Part shown: positions 59,601-64,000 of the stretch, one piece after another
Numbering within the stretch: position 1 is the stretch's first letter
Layout: every line of letters starts with the position of its first letter
DNA from: Neoechinorhynchus agilis
Taxonomy: Eukaryota > Animalia > Acanthocephala
Length of the DNA: 64,000 nucleotides
Assembly (NCBI GenBank): GCA_051530055.1
Contig: CM121342.1
Coordinates: forward strand, 11,733,480 to 11,797,479
Reading direction: 5' to 3'
Position numbers and translations under genes: made by a program
Notes under the pieces: generated by a model
What the model saw: only the letters and a program-made list of their open reading frames with translations
Databases searched by the model: none
Told to the model about the DNA's origin: nothing

Positions 59601-62600
59601 AATGACTCTTTAAAGAAAGTGATACAGGCTTGATTTGCGTTATTCATATACTTTGATGCTTAATAAAATCGCCAAGAGGAGAGAAAAAGTAACTGCCAAT
59701 TAAGTAATAGAGAATCGATAAATTCGCAGTTATAGTAACAACTAAAAAGTCTTAATAGATTTGGTCGTTATTTTTCATGGGTTTTGGTTGATTTAAATCA
59801 ACTTTAAAATTCAGTTCCCTGTTCTAGCGTTTCATGTTATACCAGTCATTTATTCCGAAGAAGTAATCTAATGCAATCTTCGCGCATTAAAGTGCGATAT
59901 ATAGAATTTCCATAAATTTTGTGAGGGAATTTATCCACATTACGAATGGTCGTATTATTGTTACCGTACTTTGTGGTTAGCAATATGTAATAAAAATACG
60001 CATCAAGAGTCAAGTTTTCGCGTGAATTTTAGCTGGATTTTTAAAAAACATTGATTGCAAAAGTAAAGGGTAATCATGTTTGAAATTAGTACTTGAGTAT
60101 AACTTAGTTTGTGTTTGATGCAGGTTTTGTTGATGTGGGCCCTAAGAAATACGAGTGAGTTAATTCGCAAAATAAGTCTGCCCAAATCTTTATAACTGTT
60201 TATTTAAATTTAGACGTTTCATATTTTCTTTTATGATAACGATAGCATTTTCTTCGAATCGCGAAAGTGATTTCGTTATATGCTCTTAAAATCCTTACCT
60301 ATCTACGAAGAAAACTGACCTCAACGTGTTTTGATAGAAATAGGCGATGACAAAAGTGCCAGGAAATACTTTGCAGCTACAAGGATAATGTCATAATCGA
60401 GAGCACCAGACATCATCAAAAGCACTAACGTGATCTTCGTTGCCCGTCTTATAATTCGACATTTTCGCCAAATTCGTACACAACCTTAGAGGAGTGTCCA
60501 TGTCCTATACATAGTTTACTAAAACAGAGAATAGGAATTTAGATAGATATCTAACGTTTCTCGTCGGCACGTAAAATTGACCAATATAAATATAAAACTC
60601 CAATGCAGTGTTGATTGTAGGCGGTTGAGCATTAGAAACGAAAGGTGGCTCAAATTCAAATTTAATTGAATCATACGTTCGTGCCTGCATATGCATCAAA
60701 AGGCGCCCGTCAATCCTTTCCATCGATCGAATCCAATTTCGTTCAAATCTATAGGTATTTCGCACATGGCCAATTAATAAGCAACAAAAAAGCTAAAACA
60801 TTTATTTTCAGAAATTTTTGAATTGTTTGCATTACATATAGTTTTATAGTAAGCGGCATTCTGTAAAATCAGTGCCAACCGTCGAAATGCATTCAGGTTG
60901 TCATGGACCAATGAGCGCAAAAATGACTTTAATCAAGAGAAAAAATTAAAAAAATGTCTCTGCGCAAATCAAACCCAAAAAGCAAAATCACAATTTAGAA
61001 AAACAAGTTTAAAATCCATTTTTTGGCTATATTGTTAAAAAGATATATGCAGTCAGGAATTAAAATGCGAGCAAAAACAATGGAAATTTATAGTGCACAT
61101 TGTTCAGCGGACGAAGATTAATTCGTGAGAATAATTTACCGCTCCTCAAATTCACGTTTTTCGGTGCGAAATCAAGTTAAATTTTTATTTCGATGCAGTC
61201 GTTGCTCAAAACTCAATGTATCTCAAAGTGTCAAAATTCATGAAAAAACAATTTTTGGATATAAAAGCGATAAATAATGACTTATAAGGCGTTAAACTGA
61301 AATTTTGATAAATTTCTTTAAGGTTTGCGGTAAAACTTATCGAGAACGACTTTTTTTCACAGATTGAATCGATGCAGTGCAATAATTTAAGCACCTACTC
61401 TTCCTGATTTTTTGAAAAAACTTGAAGTCACTAAACACTTACTAAATAAATCACCATCGCAAGGAGATGGCGGATACGATCAACATCTTTGAGTGTGGAC
61501 GCGATTCGTAAAGTTTAAGTAGAAGAATTAGCCTTTACTTTACTCAATCGTGCATTTGATATCTATCTATGGCAATTGATAGAGCATTAAAAATTCTATT
61601 CTCAAGCGACAACGATCTTATCCTTCTCTAGCGAATGAATTGTGCAAATCTTGGTGGCACTTAGTTTCAAATTGACATTAATCACGCGGATATGCTGCAC
61701 CAGTGTCACTATTGAGGATTTCATAAATGTGTAATTGGTATCGGTTGATAAATAAAACATGCATTTAATCTCAGTTGCAGAATAATTTTTATTTTTTTTA
61801 TTGTTCATGGACTTTTGGCTGCAAATAATAAGCCAAGTTATTAATGGCAGTAATTCATATTCAACTCACGTAACAATTAACTTTAGAATTCGCATGACAA
61901 ACTTGAGAATGAAACGACGATTGTAATCACGGCTGTTTTGATTTAATTAAAATCTTCGAAGTTGAATAACGCGTACTTTTCAATTCTTGTTTAAAGCAAC
62001 AATCATAAGTGCGTAATCTCCCCCTATGATCTTCTTTGATCTACCGCGCTAATTTTTGCAGCCAATAAATGAAGAGGAGAAAATTAACAAATATTACGAT
62101 GTGCGCATGTAAGCAAAGATTTTACGATAATGTACCCGCAATTTAAAAGAGAGCTTCACCTCGGGCCCATTTACGGAAACAGGCGGTGGTTTTGTTGTTC
62201 GTACTGGAAATGAAATCAAAAGCGCTGCAGTGTTTGCTGAGATGGCGAGCTAATAAACATAAACGAAGTCGTTAATATCACCCGGAACTTGCGTATGTTT
62301 GACCAAGCAATTAATTGCTTAATCTGGGTCACTTTAAACTGTGGATTGCTAAAATAATGTTTGATTTTTGTTGCGTTTTAAATGGAAAAATAGTAGACCG
62401 TTGAGCGTGGACTTTTCCATATAAAAATAGGAAGTTATTAAACTGGCGCGTTTGATCAATCGTTCGCAGGTTCATAAGCTCTTTTATCTACTTCCGTTCT
62501 TAATTTAAAACCTTATTTTTAAACTGTATATAGACAAAAATAAGCTTTTTAATATATATATATTGTGATGGGTTGTTTGTGGCTAAAAATACGTCAAACT

Positions 62601-62984
62601 TCAATCTTTTCAACTTCAAGAAGAAACAGATAAAATTTGTCCGCTTGATTGCTTTAACACTTTTAGGTGTTATCTCTTGCACTTCAAAAGAAGACATTTT
62701 TGCATTTGTCTACTTCGAACCACTACCCTTTATTTCCGCCGCCTCGCTTTCACAACGCACGTGTGCGAAACGCACCAATAAGAAACGAGAACGATAATTT
62801 CGAACGTACTTCCTCTTCTGAGGCCTACGCATTTTATGAGAGCAACGAGTGCAACTTTCCTCACACTGCCAAAGTGTGCTTTCCAGTACCGCCTTTACAT
62901 GCCACTTTCGAAGTTGTGATTTAGCACCAGCCGTAAACCGCTCCACTCTCGTTTTAGCCACTTCTTGAATTCTCAGTTTGTAAA

Positions 62985-64000
62985 ATGACAGCTTACGTGC
63001 CCAGTAACAGTTCTACTGATAAGGTGTCGGTACCAACAGTTCCTAAATGTGAAAATGACACCGCTCCCGGCAAGGATATCTTTGCCGACTACCAACATTT
63101 TCAACAATCTTCATCCTATGTCAATCCGCAAGCTCTCAATGCATATGCACAAGTGTATGGTAACCAATTTTTCGCAAATGCCTACGACCAACTGCAATAT
63201 CAATTCCATCAGCCTCATCATCAAATGACTTATAATGCTGAAAACATGGCAGGATCGGGTTTTTATGATGAAGGTGAGCATGCAGACTTGTCCATTTGCG
63301 AATTTAACTCCATAATTAAAAAATTTACAGGTTTTTCCCATCGGAGACAGTACGTCGCGCCTGCTCACCCCGTGATGAATTATTCCTCAGGAACAAATGT
63401 GACTGGTGACACCGCAAATAACAGATATCAAGTCACTAACACATCCGAAGATATTCAAATTGAGTTGGACGATGCAGAATTATGGAAAAAATTTCATTCT
63501 ATTGGAACAGAAATGATTATAACAAAATCTGGAAGGTAAGTGGGCGTTTCGCAAGGATTGCGCAATTTATTTTTTCGCAAACATGAGATTGTAGTAATTT
63601 GCATTTGACTTTCAATTGCCGATTCCTCAAAGAACACGACTAATTGCTCTATTTCGATTTTAATTAACAAAGATCTGTATGGCGATAGGAGCCAGATCAA
63701 ATGCACGAAACATTAGTTTTTTATTGCTAAAAGTGACAAAAATTGTTCTTAATATTAATCTTAATTTTTAATTGGCCAATTTAACTCTAAAACAATTTCA
63801 ATTTAGACGAATATTTCCAACGTTAAAACTAAAAATCAAAGGTCTTGACCCAGATACCAAATACATTGTTGCCATCGATATCTTACCATATGATGACAAT
63901 CGATACAAATATAACAATAATTCATGGATGATTACAGGAAAAGCAGAGCCTCATATTCAAAATTTTCCGTATATACATCCAGAATCTCCCGTTTCCGGGT
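62985..64000 (+). CDS. T-box transcription factor, 5' part; exons 62985-63536, 63807->64000
   Basis: LWKKFHSIGTEMIITKSG|RRIFP ... GLDP ... DDNRYKY ... W..TGKAEP ... YIHPESP; GT-AG intron 63537-63806. Subfamily not assigned. Confidence 0.95.

Overview
AT-rich eukaryotic DNA from an invertebrate animal with a compact genome; I cannot identify the species from sequence alone. Recognisable genes are PCF11, a neuronal-calcium-sensor EF-hand gene, a vasopressin/CCAP/NPS-type GPCR, TPD52, TXNL4A, DHX9, a UQCC4-like gene, UBE2N, RNF113A, MRPL3, SOS, ELOC and the 5' part of a T-box gene. There are also several orphan or secreted ORFs, and retroelement debris (Penelope, CRE, RTE, CR1/Jockey, gypsy, a tRNA-headed SINE) plus MITE-like repeats. 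Main observation: besides ordinary short GT-AG introns, five conserved genes (PCF11 x2, DHX9 x2, RNF113A, MRPL3, SOS x2) are interrupted by 49-384 nt inserts that break the reading frame or carry stops. When each insert is removed so that the conserved protein is restored, its ends are not GT-AG. Each insert has its two ends complementary (10-19 bp stem), has a 1-8 nt direct repeat at the junction (containing TA in 6 of 8) and shares no sequence with the others. This points to a second, structure-defined class of non-canonical introns, or to IES-like DNA excision or translational bypass. All alignments to orthologues were made by eye from remembered sequences; no searches or folding programs were run.
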